Of a DNA stretch of 64,000 nucleotides, positions 38,030 through 47,183 are shown piece after piece. The notes beneath the pieces were generated by a model. That model was not told where the DNA came from. It did no database searches and saw only the letters and a program-made list of their open reading frames with translations. This DNA is from an uncultured Rickettsiales bacterium. Lineage in GTDB: Bacteria; Pseudomonadota; Alphaproteobacteria; Rickettsiales; RI-342. The translations under genes and the position numbers were made by a program. Numbering within the stretch: position 1 is the stretch's first letter; each line of letters begins with the position of its first letter. Location of the stretch: assembly GCA_964435165.1 (NCBI GenBank), contig CAYSXY010000004.1, positions 14,686-78,685 of the forward strand, in the 5' to 3' direction.

Positions 38030-39325
38030 TTGACGCGCACCCGTTCTTCAACACCCCATGCCTCCGACTCTCCGGCACAATGGCTGTATCTTGACCTGAA
38101 CAGCTATTTTGCCAGTGTTGAGCAACAGCTGGTGCCTGAGTTGCGTGGCAAGCCCGTGGCCGTGGTGCCGGTGATGACCGATAGCACCTGCGCTATTGCC
38201 GCGAGTTATGAGGCCAAAGCTTACGGCGTGAAAACCGGCACGATGATTTATGAGGCCAAGCGACGATGCCCGGGGCTTATCTGCGTGCAGGCGCGACATG
38301 ATGCGTATGTTGACTTTCATCATAAGATCTTAGCCTCGATCGAGCATCACTATCCGATTAGCCAGATTCTATCGATTGACGAGGTAGCGTGCAAATTGGA
38401 TGCCCACCGCCAAGTGCCCGAGCGAGCCATTGCGCTGGCCAAGGCTATGAAAGCCGGCATCACGCGTGATATTGGCCCCTATGTGCGCTGCTCCATTGGC
38501 ATCGCGCCCAATCGCTTTCTGGCCAAAGTCGCCAGCAATCTGCAAAAGCCGGATGGCCTGACCCTGCTCGGCATGGATGAGTTGCCGGAGCGATTGCTGC
38601 CCCTTGCCCTCACCGACTTACCGGGCATTGGCCGGGGCATGAAACGACGGCTGGAACGTTGTGGCATCACCACCATGGCGCAGCTATGGGCCTTGCCCCC
38701 CAAACAGATGCGCGCCATTTGGGGCGGTGTGGGTGGTGAGCGCTTTTGGCGGATGTTGCACGGGCTGGAAGTGGATGACATTCCCACTCGCCGCCGCACG
38801 ATTGGCCACAGCCACGTGCTGTCACCGGAATGGCGGCCGCAACCACAGGCGCGATTGGTCACCCGTCGCTTGCTAAGTAAAACAGCCAGCCGTCTGCGGC
38901 GCATGGAATATCATGCCACCAAAATGGAGCTGTCGCTACGCGTTGAGCACGGGCCACGGCTTCATGCCATACGCTCTTTTCATCGCGCTTGCGACACGCA
39001 TAGCCTGCTGCATGTGGTGGAAAGTATGTGGGAGGAACTGACGCACCCGCTGGAATCCAGCATTCGCATTAAAAAGGCCAGTGTCACCTTACACGGACTC
39101 ATTGCCAACCGGCAGGTGCAGCCAGATTTGTTCGATGACCCCTCGACACAAGAAGATGGTTCAGCTCAGCGCTCCGAAGCACTTTCCCACGCGATTGATG
39201 CCCTCAACAGCAAATTTGGCCGCGACACCGTGACCATCGGCAGCCTGCCGAAACAGCTGAATAGCTTCTCCGGCACCAAAATTGCCTTCACCCGTATTCC
39301 GGATAAGCAGGAATTTCATGAGTGA
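38030..39325 (+). CDS. Y-family (UmuC/DinB-like) translesion DNA polymerase
   Basis: WLYLDLNSYFASVEQ (first catalytic Asp) and SIDEVACKLD (the catalytic D-E pair). TTG start 9 nt after the recA stop. Confidence 0.8.
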   Translation: MTRTRSSTPHASDSPAQWLYLDLNSYFASVEQQLVPELRGKPVAVVPVMTDSTCAIAASYEAKAYGVKTGTMIYEAKRRCPGLICVQARHDAYVDFHHKILASIEHHYPISQILSIDEVACKLDAHRQVPERAIALAKAMKAGITRDIGPYVRCSIGIAPNRFLAKVASNLQKPDGLTLLGMDELPERLLPLALTDLPGIGRGMKRRLERCGITTMAQLWALPPKQMRAIWGGVGGERFWRMLHGLEVDDIPTRRRTIGHSHVLSPEWRPQPQARLVTRRLLSKTASRLRRMEYHATKMELSLRVEHGPRLHAIRSFHRACDTHSLLHVVESMWEELTHPLESSIRIKKASVTLHGLIANRQVQPDLFDDPSTQEDGSAQRSEALSHAIDALNSKFGRDTVTIGSLPKQLNSFSGTKIAFTRIPDKQEFHE

Positions 39326-39344
39326 TGCTGCGCTATGTTTATTT

Positions 39345-39690
39345 GCCTCCCGCCTCGCCTTCTGACTCGGCGTTAAGGCGCAGCTCAGGGCTGCCGGCCT
39401 CGTTGACTTATCTTAATCACATGTCATCCCGAGCGTAGAGCCTATGGCTCGGAGTCGAAGGATCTATTTCGTCACACTCTTTGGCATCTAGCTATGAGGC
39501 ACCGTGGATGTTTCGACTCGCGATGCTCGCTTAACATGACATAAAAACCTTATTATACCGCTGCGCTCAGGATAATGTATTCACTTACTTGTCATCCCAG
39601 AATGCGGGCAAGCAGGCGAGCATATCTGGGATCCATCCCTCACAAGGACGAAACCCACCAGTAGCCGGGCAAGCAGGCCCGGCGTGTCAT
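39345..39690. repeat. Composite cluster 3 of dispersed intergenic repeats
   Basis: Diverged copy of the ctgactcg...gctcagggctgc unit (about 39351-39400). The palindromic element at 39423-39540 is homologous to 29996-30107. The element of about 100 nt at 39591-39690 is homologous to 41802-41958. Confidence 0.85.
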
Positions 39691-39806
39691 TGCAATTGCC
39701 ATCCGGACATTTGCCATCTGGGTTGCCCGCCGACAATGACACATCTGCCAGATTAGTATATAGCTGCTTTTTCAGAACACTCACTCCTCTAGACAAAGGA
39801 TTTTTC

Positions 39807-40121
39807 ATGCAGTTTCTTGTGATTGCCAAAGACGGTGCCGATGCTGACGCGCTCAAGCGCCGCCTGGCCGCCCGGGATGAACATTTGCAGCATACGGATG
39901 AGATGATCGCCAATGGCAATGCGCATATGGCGGCAGCGCTGCTCGATGATGACGGGCAGATGAACGGCTCGGTGATGATTGTGGAGTTTGAGTCGGAAGA
40001 TGCCTTTCGCAGCTGGCTGGACAAAGAGCCGTATGTCACCGGCAAAGTGTGGGATAAAATTTCCGTTACGCCCTGCAAGATTGGCCCCAGCTTTCTTGAT
40101 GCATCGCGCAAGGCGGCATAA
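39807..40121 (+). CDS. YciI-family protein
   Basis: MQFLVIAKDG...RLAARDEHLQH...GSVMIVEFESEDAFRSWLDKEPY shows the typical YciI pattern. The track ORF is extended upstream into a repeat, so the start is set at the ATG at 39807. Confidence 0.75.
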   Translation: MQFLVIAKDGADADALKRRLAARDEHLQHTDEMIANGNAHMAAALLDDDGQMNGSVMIVEFESEDAFRSWLDKEPYVTGKVWDKISVTPCKIGPSFLDASRKAA

Positions 40122-40257
40122 CTGGCGAGTGGGACGCTAACGCGGCCTGTGTCATCTTTCCTTTACATTTTCGTGCTATATTCCACCACTTAGGGAATCT
40201 GCCACCAATCGTATGAATGAACGGCAGTAGCGGTTTAACCACATTGTGAACCGAGGC

Positions 40258-41076
40258 ATGAGTGTTATGGCACAACAAAAACAAGTTGCGATTATATCCA
40301 ACCCGACCATTGAAGCGGTCTGTTATCAACTGTTCAAATTTCCAACCGAGGCTGAGGCCGTTGAACGGCTGGAGACCATCAAAGATTATTTCATTGTCTC
40401 TAAAGAGCAGGATAATGAGACGGAGAACCTCTCCGTTAAAATATGGATCAAAGGATTTATGGTCACCGAAGGCGAAGAAAAGCTGGGTTATCTCGGTAAT
40501 TTCGCCCTCATGCAATATGCGCTGACCGAAGACGGCAAATACACGCTTTATGCCGAAAAGCTGGAAGTTCCACTACGCACCCATCCACAAAAACGCTATC
40601 CCAAGCATAAACACCCCAATTGGGGTCACCCGGTGCTGCGTAAAATCAAAAAGGGGCATGTTTATCCTACCATTGAGGACGCCCAGGCCGACTTGCAGCG
40701 TCTGCATGAAGAATTCCCGCAAGTGTCCATCCCCACCAATGCCAAGATGTATATCATCATCTACAGCAAGGATGGGCCGGAAGACAAGCGACCGGTAAAG
40801 AAGTTTATTCTTGAAATTCAATTGGTTGATGGCGGCGGCTTCACTATTGAGATTAAAGAGAACACCTATCGCAAAGAGGATAACCCGAAAAAAAGCGAAG
40901 CGACAGTTGAGCAAAGCGAGGAAGATAAAGAAGCGCAGGGCTACTTTGCCTCCATGGTTGATCTCAAACGCGCCAAGAAAAACAAGCGCAACATTCTGGA
41001 TGAGGTGGCCGAAGCCCGCAAGGCAGAGGAAGAAGATGGCGAGGACGCCCCTCCAGCGGAGTCTTCAGAGCAGTAG
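40258..41076 (+). CDS. Hypothetical protein with a Lys/Glu-rich C-terminal tail
   Basis: Long ORF with no recognisable motif. The start is ambiguous (40246 GTG, 40258 or 40267 ATG). Confidence 0.5.
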   Translation: MSVMAQQKQVAIISNPTIEAVCYQLFKFPTEAEAVERLETIKDYFIVSKEQDNETENLSVKIWIKGFMVTEGEEKLGYLGNFALMQYALTEDGKYTLYAEKLEVPLRTHPQKRYPKHKHPNWGHPVLRKIKKGHVYPTIEDAQADLQRLHEEFPQVSIPTNAKMYIIIYSKDGPEDKRPVKKFILEIQLVDGGGFTIEIKENTYRKEDNPKKSEATVEQSEEDKEAQGYFASMVDLKRAKKNKRNILDEVAEARKAEEEDGEDAPPAESSEQ

Positions 41077-41231
41077 GTCGCTCCAACCAGCCCTTGATAA
41101 ATAACGCTTTTCAGCGCCCTGTCATGATGGCGTCATGATTTTTCTGTATCATTGGCAATGAGTCTTTGGTTTTGTGTATGCAAACCATGAGACGCTTAGT
41201 CCAAATAGGTTGAAAAGTTTATATATGCTCA

Positions 41232-41642
41232 ATGTCTGGTAAAATTGTACTTGGACCCGAATTCTGGCAAGCGATGCAACTCGAGAATGCCTTGAAGCGG
41301 ATGCACGATATCGTGCTGAACCATCCGCTCAAGGACGGTAAGGCCGTGTTGGAGTTCCGGCGCGGCGAGGACAATCAAGAGTCAGTGCGTTTGCTGAACG
41401 TGATTCTCGGTTGCACGGGCTTATCGATCACGTTGGATGCTATTATGGCATTCCAGCCCGGGGAGAGCATCACGGTTCCCGTGAACAGCTCCCCTTTGAT
41501 CGATCAGTGGCCCGTGCCGCTGGAATTCGATGATAGCCTGATTTTCGCCGTAGCAGCAGAAGAGAACGAAACACTCGTTCTCGAATTCTACGGCGACGAA
41601 GAATCGGTGACCGTTATCGCCTACGGCGTAACAGTCAGTTAA
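41232..41642 (+). CDS. Hypothetical 136-aa protein
   Basis: ORF only; no recognisable motif. Confidence 0.4.
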   Translation: MSGKIVLGPEFWQAMQLENALKRMHDIVLNHPLKDGKAVLEFRRGEDNQESVRLLNVILGCTGLSITLDAIMAFQPGESITVPVNSSPLIDQWPVPLEFDDSLIFAVAAEENETLVLEFYGDEESVTVIAYGVTVS

Positions 41643-41653
41643 CCTAATTCTGG

Positions 41654-41695
41654 GAGGTGGTGTGAACGTTTTGTTCATGCCTCCTCATCGTTTTT
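41654..41695 (+). terminator. Possible intrinsic terminator after the 136-aa ORF
   Basis: Imperfect hairpin gaggtggtgtgaac / gttcatgcctc, followed within 7 nt by TTTTT. Confidence 0.35.
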
Positions 41696-41744
41696 CTCTC
41701 TACTTATTCAGCCATCACTTGTTGCTATCATGATTGCTCGCTAA

Positions 41745-42123
41745 TGGATCCTTGCCTGTGCGGCTGCGCCGCTGCGCTCGGGATGACGATTTATTCTTGG
41801 TGTCATCCCGGAATGCGAGTTAACAGCCCTGAGCCGCGCCTCATGGAATTGTGAATACAATTCCGGAGGCAATCAAACAATCATGAGCATATCCGGGAAT
41901 CCATCCCTCACCACGACGAAACCCATCAGTAGCCGGGCAAGCAGGCCCGGCGTGTCATCATACCTGATATCTGGATTCCGGCATTCGCCGGAATGACAAT
42001 ATTTCTATCATTTTGCGCGATAAGGTTGGATTCGCCGGTTAAACCGGCGAATGACAATAACAACGTTCGCCGGAATGGCATTGAGGTAGACATGGTCGAC
42101 TACGCAGCAGCGCTTGTCTGGCC
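41745..42123. repeat. Composite cluster 4 of dispersed intergenic repeats, including a nested insertion
   Basis: - The element at 41802-41958 matches 39591-39690 but is interrupted after gaatgcgag by about 66 nt carrying cagccctgagccgcgcctcatgg plus the palindrome ggaattgtgaatacaattcc.
- ggattcgccggttaaaccggcgaatgacaa lies at 42028-42057.
- tcgactacgcagcagcgcttgtctggcc (42096-42123) resembles 29741-29770. Confidence 0.85.
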
Positions 42124-42178
42124 TTGCACAATCGATTAGAAGAAGGGTTGACTAACATTTTGCTTTGAGCCACACCCG

Positions 42179-44989
42179 ATGACTACGACCGTCAATGACA
42201 TTCGCCGCAACTTCCTCTCCTATTTTGAGTGCAAAGACCACCGAGTGCAGCCATCCAGCCCCTTGGTGCCGCAGAATGACCCGACGTTGATGTTCACCAA
42301 TGCCGGGATGGTGCCGTTTAAGCATATCTTCACCGGCGCAGAGACACCGCCTGCCCCACGCGCCACCACCAGCCAGAAATGCGTGCGCGCCGGGGGCAAG
42401 CATAATGATCTGGACAATGTCGGTTACACGGCGCGGCATCACACATTTTTTGAGATGCTCGGCAATTTCTCTTTCGGTGATTATTTTAAGGAAAGCGCCA
42501 TTGCCTTTGCCTGGGAATTGCTGACCAAGGATTTTGGCCTGCCGCAGGACAAGCTGTTTGTTACTGTCTATCACACCGATGACGAAGCCTTTGAGCTGTG
42601 GCGCAAGATTAGCCGCTTGCCGGAGAGCAAAATTCTGCGGGTGCCGACCAATGATAATTTCTGGAGCATGGGCGATACTGGCCCGTGCGGGCCATGTTCG
42701 GAAGTGTTTTATGACCATGGCGAAGGCATCGAAGGCAAGTGGGCGCTGGATAAAGACGGGAGCGACCTGTTTGAAGACCGCTTTATTGAGATATGGAATC
42801 TCGTCTTCATGCAATATGAGCAGGTGGATAGCGAGACGCGTATTGACCTGCCCAAGCCATCCATCGACACCGGCATGGGGCTGGAGCGCATCGCCGCTGT
42901 GCTGCAGGGGGTGCATGATAATTATGACACGGATTTGTTCGTCAGCCTGATTGATGCGGCTGAGGACGCGGTGAAAGCAACAGTGACGCCGACAAATCAT
43001 GCCTCCTTCAAAGTAATTGCCGACCATTTGCGCTCCTCCTGCTTTTTGATGGCCGACGGCGTCACGCCCTCCAATGAAGGGCGCGGCTATGTGCTGCGAC
43101 GGATTATGCGCCGGGCCATGCGCCACGCCCATATTCTGGGTAGCAAAGACCCGCTGATGCACCGGCTGGTGCCGTCGCTGATTCATGAGATGGGTGCCGC
43201 CTACCCTGAACTGGGCCGGGCCGAGGCGCTGATGACCGAGACATTGAAAAATGAAGAGACGCGCTTTCGCGAGACATTGGCGCGGGGGTTGCATTTGCTG
43301 GAAGAAGAAACCGGCACGCTAGCCTCCGGCAAAGCACTGCCGGGTGATGTCGCCTTCAAACTATATGACACCTATGGATTTCCAGTTGATCTGACCGCTG
43401 ATATTCTGCGAGGCCAAGGGCGAGAGGTGGATATGGCAGGCTTTGATGCCGCCATGGCCGAGCAGAAAGCCCGCGCCCGCGCCGCCTGGAGTGGGTCGGG
43501 GGGCAAATTTGTTGAGCAACTCTGGTACGAAATATCTAACCAGCATGGAAAGACTAATTTTACTGGTTATGAAGAATTGGAAACCATAGGTAAAATTCTT
43601 ACTTTTGGTGACCCAAGAGATTTTCGTGCAGAGACTGATGAGGAACAAGTTGTTGGGCAATTTACAGCCGCAGGAGGCGTTCGTCTCGAAGCAGGTGAAC
43701 CCATATTGATTATAACTGATAGAACCCCATTTTATGGCGAATCAGGCGGACAGATTGGCGATCAAGGTGTGATCTCAGTGCGCGACGAGAATGGAGCCGT
43801 TATAAAGATTACAGATACCCAGAAACCAATTGAAGACATTATTGTTCACTACGGCACGGTAGTACAATCCGGGTTAATTTATACTAATGTAGAAGTTACG
43901 CTTTCTGTTGAGGTGTCACGACGCAATCGCCTGCGAGCGAATCATTCAGCCACACACCTGCTGCATAAGGCACTGCGCGATGTGCTGGGCGAGCATGTGA
44001 CGCAGCAAGGCTCATTGGTGGCAGAAGATAAGCTGCGCTTTGACATCTCGCACGCCAAGCCGCTAACCGCAGAAAAAATCCAGCAGGTAGAACGCAGAGT
44101 GAATCATATGATCTGGTCGAATAGCGAGGTGAACACACGCATCAGCACGCCGGAAGAGGCGCAGAAAGCGGGCGCTCTGGCGTTGTTTGGCGAGAAATAT
44201 GGCGATGAAGTGCGCGTGGTGAGCATGGGTGTTCAAGGCAATGGAGACAACAAAGAAGGAGGCCAGCAGGCCGATCCAGCCTTGAGCTCCGCCTCATGTG
44301 CGAGTCAGCAGACGAGCACGGAGGCATATTCAATAGAACTTTGCGGTGGTACGCATGTGGCGCGCACGGGCGATATTGGCCTGTTCAAAATTACCGAGCA
44401 ATCCGCCGTGGCCGCTGGTGTGCGACGGCTCGAAGCGGTGACGGGCGATGCCGCCTTTATCCACCTCACCGGGCAGGAAGCACGACTCAGGCAAGCTGCC
44501 GATGCACTCAAAACCTCCCCTGCCGAACTGCCAGAGCGGGTCCGTGCACTGGTGGCTGAGCGCAAGCAGTTGGAACGCCAGCTGGCGGATGTGAAAAAGC
44601 AATTGGCACTGGGCGGCAGTCAACAGGCTGCCAATGGAGCAGACAATGCGGTGGAGACCATCGGCAACACAAAATTTATGGGCAAAATTGTCGCGGACAT
44701 TCCGGCAAAGGAACTGAAAGGGATGGCAGACAGCCTGAAGAAGCAACTCGGCTCCGGCGTTGTCGCGCTGCTTGCAACTGATTCAGACAAAGGGAAGCTA
44801 TCGATTGTGGTTGGGGTGACCGATGATTTGACTGGCAGCACCAGTGCGGTGGAGTTAGTCAAGGCTGCCTCGGAGGCGGCAGGTGGCAAGGGCGGCGGCG
44901 GCCGGCCAGACATGGCTCAGGCCGGCAGCCCGGATGCCGGAAAAGCCGCCGATGCTTTGGCTGCGGTAAGACAACGATTGGCTTCTTAA
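42179..44989 (+). CDS. alaS: Alanine--tRNA ligase
   Basis: Class II motifs, FSFGDYFK, editing-domain HSATHLL and ELCGGTHV, and a C-terminal DHHA1-like region. At 936 aa it is longer than usual (see findings). Confidence 0.97.
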   Translation: MTTTVNDIRRNFLSYFECKDHRVQPSSPLVPQNDPTLMFTNAGMVPFKHIFTGAETPPAPRATTSQKCVRAGGKHNDLDNVGYTARHHTFFEMLGNFSFGDYFKESAIAFAWELLTKDFGLPQDKLFVTVYHTDDEAFELWRKISRLPESKILRVPTNDNFWSMGDTGPCGPCSEVFYDHGEGIEGKWALDKDGSDLFEDRFIEIWNLVFMQYEQVDSETRIDLPKPSIDTGMGLERIAAVLQGVHDNYDTDLFVSLIDAAEDAVKATVTPTNHASFKVIADHLRSSCFLMADGVTPSNEGRGYVLRRIMRRAMRHAHILGSKDPLMHRLVPSLIHEMGAAYPELGRAEALMTETLKNEETRFRETLARGLHLLEEETGTLASGKALPGDVAFKLYDTYGFPVDLTADILRGQGREVDMAGFDAAMAEQKARARAAWSGSGGKFVEQLWYEISNQHGKTNFTGYEELETIGKILTFGDPRDFRAETDEEQVVGQFTAAGGVRLEAGEPILIITDRTPFYGESGGQIGDQGVISVRDENGAVIKITDTQKPIEDIIVHYGTVVQSGLIYTNVEVTLSVEVSRRNRLRANHSATHLLHKALRDVLGEHVTQQGSLVAEDKLRFDISHAKPLTAEKIQQVERRVNHMIWSNSEVNTRISTPEEAQKAGALALFGEKYGDEVRVVSMGVQGNGDNKEGGQQADPALSSASCASQQTSTEAYSIELCGGTHVARTGDIGLFKITEQSAVAAGVRRLEAVTGDAAFIHLTGQEARLRQAADALKTSPAELPERVRALVAERKQLERQLADVKKQLALGGSQQAANGADNAVETIGNTKFMGKIVADIPAKELKGMADSLKKQLGSGVVALLATDSDKGKLSIVVGVTDDLTGSTSAVELVKAASEAAGGKGGGGRPDMAQAGSPDAGKAADALAAVRQRLAS
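44256..44320 (-). repeat. Copy of the dispersed ctgactcgcaca...gctcaaggctg repeat lying in frame inside alaS
   Basis: The reverse complement of 44277-44320 is cgtgctcgtctgctgactcgcacatgaggcggagctcaaggctg. The intergenic copy at 52165-52210 reads cgtgctcgtcctgctgactcgcacattgagcgcagctcaaggctgc. By eye about 40/46 positions match. Confidence 0.75.
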
Positions 44990-45054
44990 CTCAATTAACT
45001 TTTTGTTAGCGCTACCCTAGCATAGCTAAGGTAGAAAAATGTGAGGTAACTACC

Positions 45055-46506
45055 ATGACTGAGAATACTCCCATCACTGTGGCATTTGGCGATGGTATCG
45101 GCCCGGAAATTATGGATGCCACGCTGCATGTGCTGCGTGAAGCCGAAGCGAAAGTGCATTTCGATACGATTGAGGTTGGTGCGAAGGTTTATGAAAAAGG
45201 CCACACATCCGGCATTAGTGATGAAGGGTGGCAGTCAATCTTTGCGAATAAGATTATCCTCAAAGCGCCGATCACCACCCCACAGGGTGGCGGCTATAAG
45301 AGCCTGAATGTGACCATGCGAAAAACACTCGGCCTGTTTGCCAATGTGCGCCCTTGCGTGTCTTATCATCCTTATGTCAACACGCCCCACCCGGAGATGA
45401 ATCTGGTCATCGTGCGTGAGAATGAAGAAGACCTCTATGCCGGTATTGAACATCGTCAGACGGATGACGTGTTCCAGAGCCTCAAGCTCATCACCCGCCC
45501 CGGCTCTGAGCGCATTATGCGCTACGCGTTTGATTATGCGGTGCGAAACGGACGCAAAAAAGTCACCTGCATGTCAAAAGACAACATCATGAAGCTGACG
45601 GATGGGGCATTCCACGCCATTTTTGACGAGGTGGCCAAGGAATATCCGGACATCGAGAATGAGCATTATATTATTGATATCGGCACGGCGCGCGTGGCCA
45701 GCAAGCCGCAAATTTTTGACGTGATTGTGACGGAAAATCTCTATGGCGATATTATTTCCGATGTGGCGGCAGAAATTTCCGGCTCGGTTGGGCTGGCAGG
45801 CTCGGCCAATATTGGCCGGGAGTATGCGATGTTTGAAGCAATTCACGGCTCCGCCCCGGATATTGCCGGGCAGCAGCTAGCAAACCCCTCAGGGCTGCTC
45901 AATGCTGCGGTGATGATGCTGGTGCATATCGGCCAGCCGGAAGTGGCCACGACCATTCACAATGCCTGGCTGCGCACCATTGAAGATGGCGAACATACGG
46001 CCGATATTTATTCTGACGATAAAAGCCAGAATAAGCTAGCGACTCAGGCATTTGCCGAAGCCGTGGTGGCGCGCTTAGGCCAGATGCCGCAGCAATTTGA
46101 TGTGGTGAAATATGAGCATTCGCCCAGCAATGATAATTCCATTCGCATTACCGAGCGCCCACCGGCGAAGAAAGAGCTGGTTGGGGTGGATATGTTCCTC
46201 CATGCGCGGGGGAGAACCGCGCAGGATATTGGCCCGGTGATTGAAAAGCTGGCGCCGCAAGGCATGCGCCTGCGCCTGATGACGAATCGCGGCCTTAAAG
46301 TCTGGCCGGACCCGGTGGCGGGTTTGGAATATGCCGACCATTGGCGCTGCCGGTTTGTGGCAGCCAATGATGGTCAGTCTGTTGATCATGGGCAGATCAT
46401 CAGCCTGCTCACCCGTGCGAAAGAAGAAGGCTTTGATTTCATCAAAACGGAAAATTTATACACGTTTGATGGCGAGTTGGGATATTCGCTAGCGCAGGGA
46501 GAGTAG
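45055..46506 (+). CDS. icd: Isocitrate dehydrogenase, 483-aa isocitrate/isopropylmalate-dehydrogenase-family type with a C-terminal extension
   Basis: GDGIGPEIM, NVRP, NLYGDIISD and GSAPDIAG motifs. The length and extension resemble the Rickettsia-type enzyme (from memory). Confidence 0.85.
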   Translation: MTENTPITVAFGDGIGPEIMDATLHVLREAEAKVHFDTIEVGAKVYEKGHTSGISDEGWQSIFANKIILKAPITTPQGGGYKSLNVTMRKTLGLFANVRPCVSYHPYVNTPHPEMNLVIVRENEEDLYAGIEHRQTDDVFQSLKLITRPGSERIMRYAFDYAVRNGRKKVTCMSKDNIMKLTDGAFHAIFDEVAKEYPDIENEHYIIDIGTARVASKPQIFDVIVTENLYGDIISDVAAEISGSVGLAGSANIGREYAMFEAIHGSAPDIAGQQLANPSGLLNAAVMMLVHIGQPEVATTIHNAWLRTIEDGEHTADIYSDDKSQNKLATQAFAEAVVARLGQMPQQFDVVKYEHSPSNDNSIRITERPPAKKELVGVDMFLHARGRTAQDIGPVIEKLAPQGMRLRLMTNRGLKVWPDPVAGLEYADHWRCRFVAANDGQSVDHGQIISLLTRAKEEGFDFIKTENLYTFDGELGYSLAQGE

Positions 46507-46517
46507 TTTTTCACGCT

Positions 46518-47180
46518 ATGGCGTTACGTCGGCTGTTTCGCTGGATACGTCATGCAGTTATTGCCTATTGCACCATTGTGATTGGCCTGACGATTCTCTA
46601 TCTCATGGTGCCGCCGGTCTCCACCCTCATGGCATGGCGATGGGTCACAGGCAGCGAGGTGTCACGCCAGTTCGTACCTTTGGAGGAGACGAGCATTCAT
46701 GTGGTATCCTCTGTCATCGTGGCGGAGGATAGCCGGTTCTGTGAGCATCATGGGGTCGACTGGCAGGCAATGGGCGATGTCATAGACGGTATGGCAGATG
46801 GAGAGCGGCCGCGTGGCGCCTCTACCCTGTCCATGCAGGTAGTGAAGAACCTGTTTCTCTGGCCGCAGCGCTCCTACATCCGCAAAGTTATCGAACTACC
46901 GCTGGCATTGATGCTCGACCTTGTCTGGTCTAAACGCCAGATGCTCGAGGTGTATCTCAATATTGCAGAGCTGGGCGACGGGATATTCGGCATTGACGCC
47001 GCGGCGATGCATTATTTCGGCAAAAGTGCCACCACGCTCACTCGGCGGGAAGCGGCGATGCTGGCAGCCTCCCTGCCCGGCCCGCTTATTCGCAACCCGG
47101 ATAAACAGACTAGCTTCTTCCGTGAGCAGACGAACCGTATCCTCACACGCTCACGCATGGCCGATACGAATTGCCTTTAA
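46518..47180 (+). CDS. mtgA: Monofunctional biosynthetic peptidoglycan transglycosylase
   Basis: GT51 motifs VIVAEDSRFCEHHGVDW, GASTLSMQVVKNLFL and a single N-terminal TM helix. Confidence 0.9.
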   Translation: MALRRLFRWIRHAVIAYCTIVIGLTILYLMVPPVSTLMAWRWVTGSEVSRQFVPLEETSIHVVSSVIVAEDSRFCEHHGVDWQAMGDVIDGMADGERPRGASTLSMQVVKNLFLWPQRSYIRKVIELPLALMLDLVWSKRQMLEVYLNIAELGDGIFGIDAAAMHYFGKSATTLTRREAAMLAASLPGPLIRNPDKQTSFFREQTNRILTRSRMADTNCL

Positions 47181-47183
47181 GTG

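Noticed and set aside
39684-39806. Upstream extension of the YciI ORF (the track start at 39684)
   Set aside because: The extension is translated from the dispersed repeat element. The family-typical N-terminus MQFLVIAKDG begins at the ATG at 39807.
42152-43294. 380-aa - strand ORF
   Set aside because: It is antisense to alaS, whose identity is unambiguous. Arg/His/Gly-rich shadow translations like this are typical of GC-rich coding regions.
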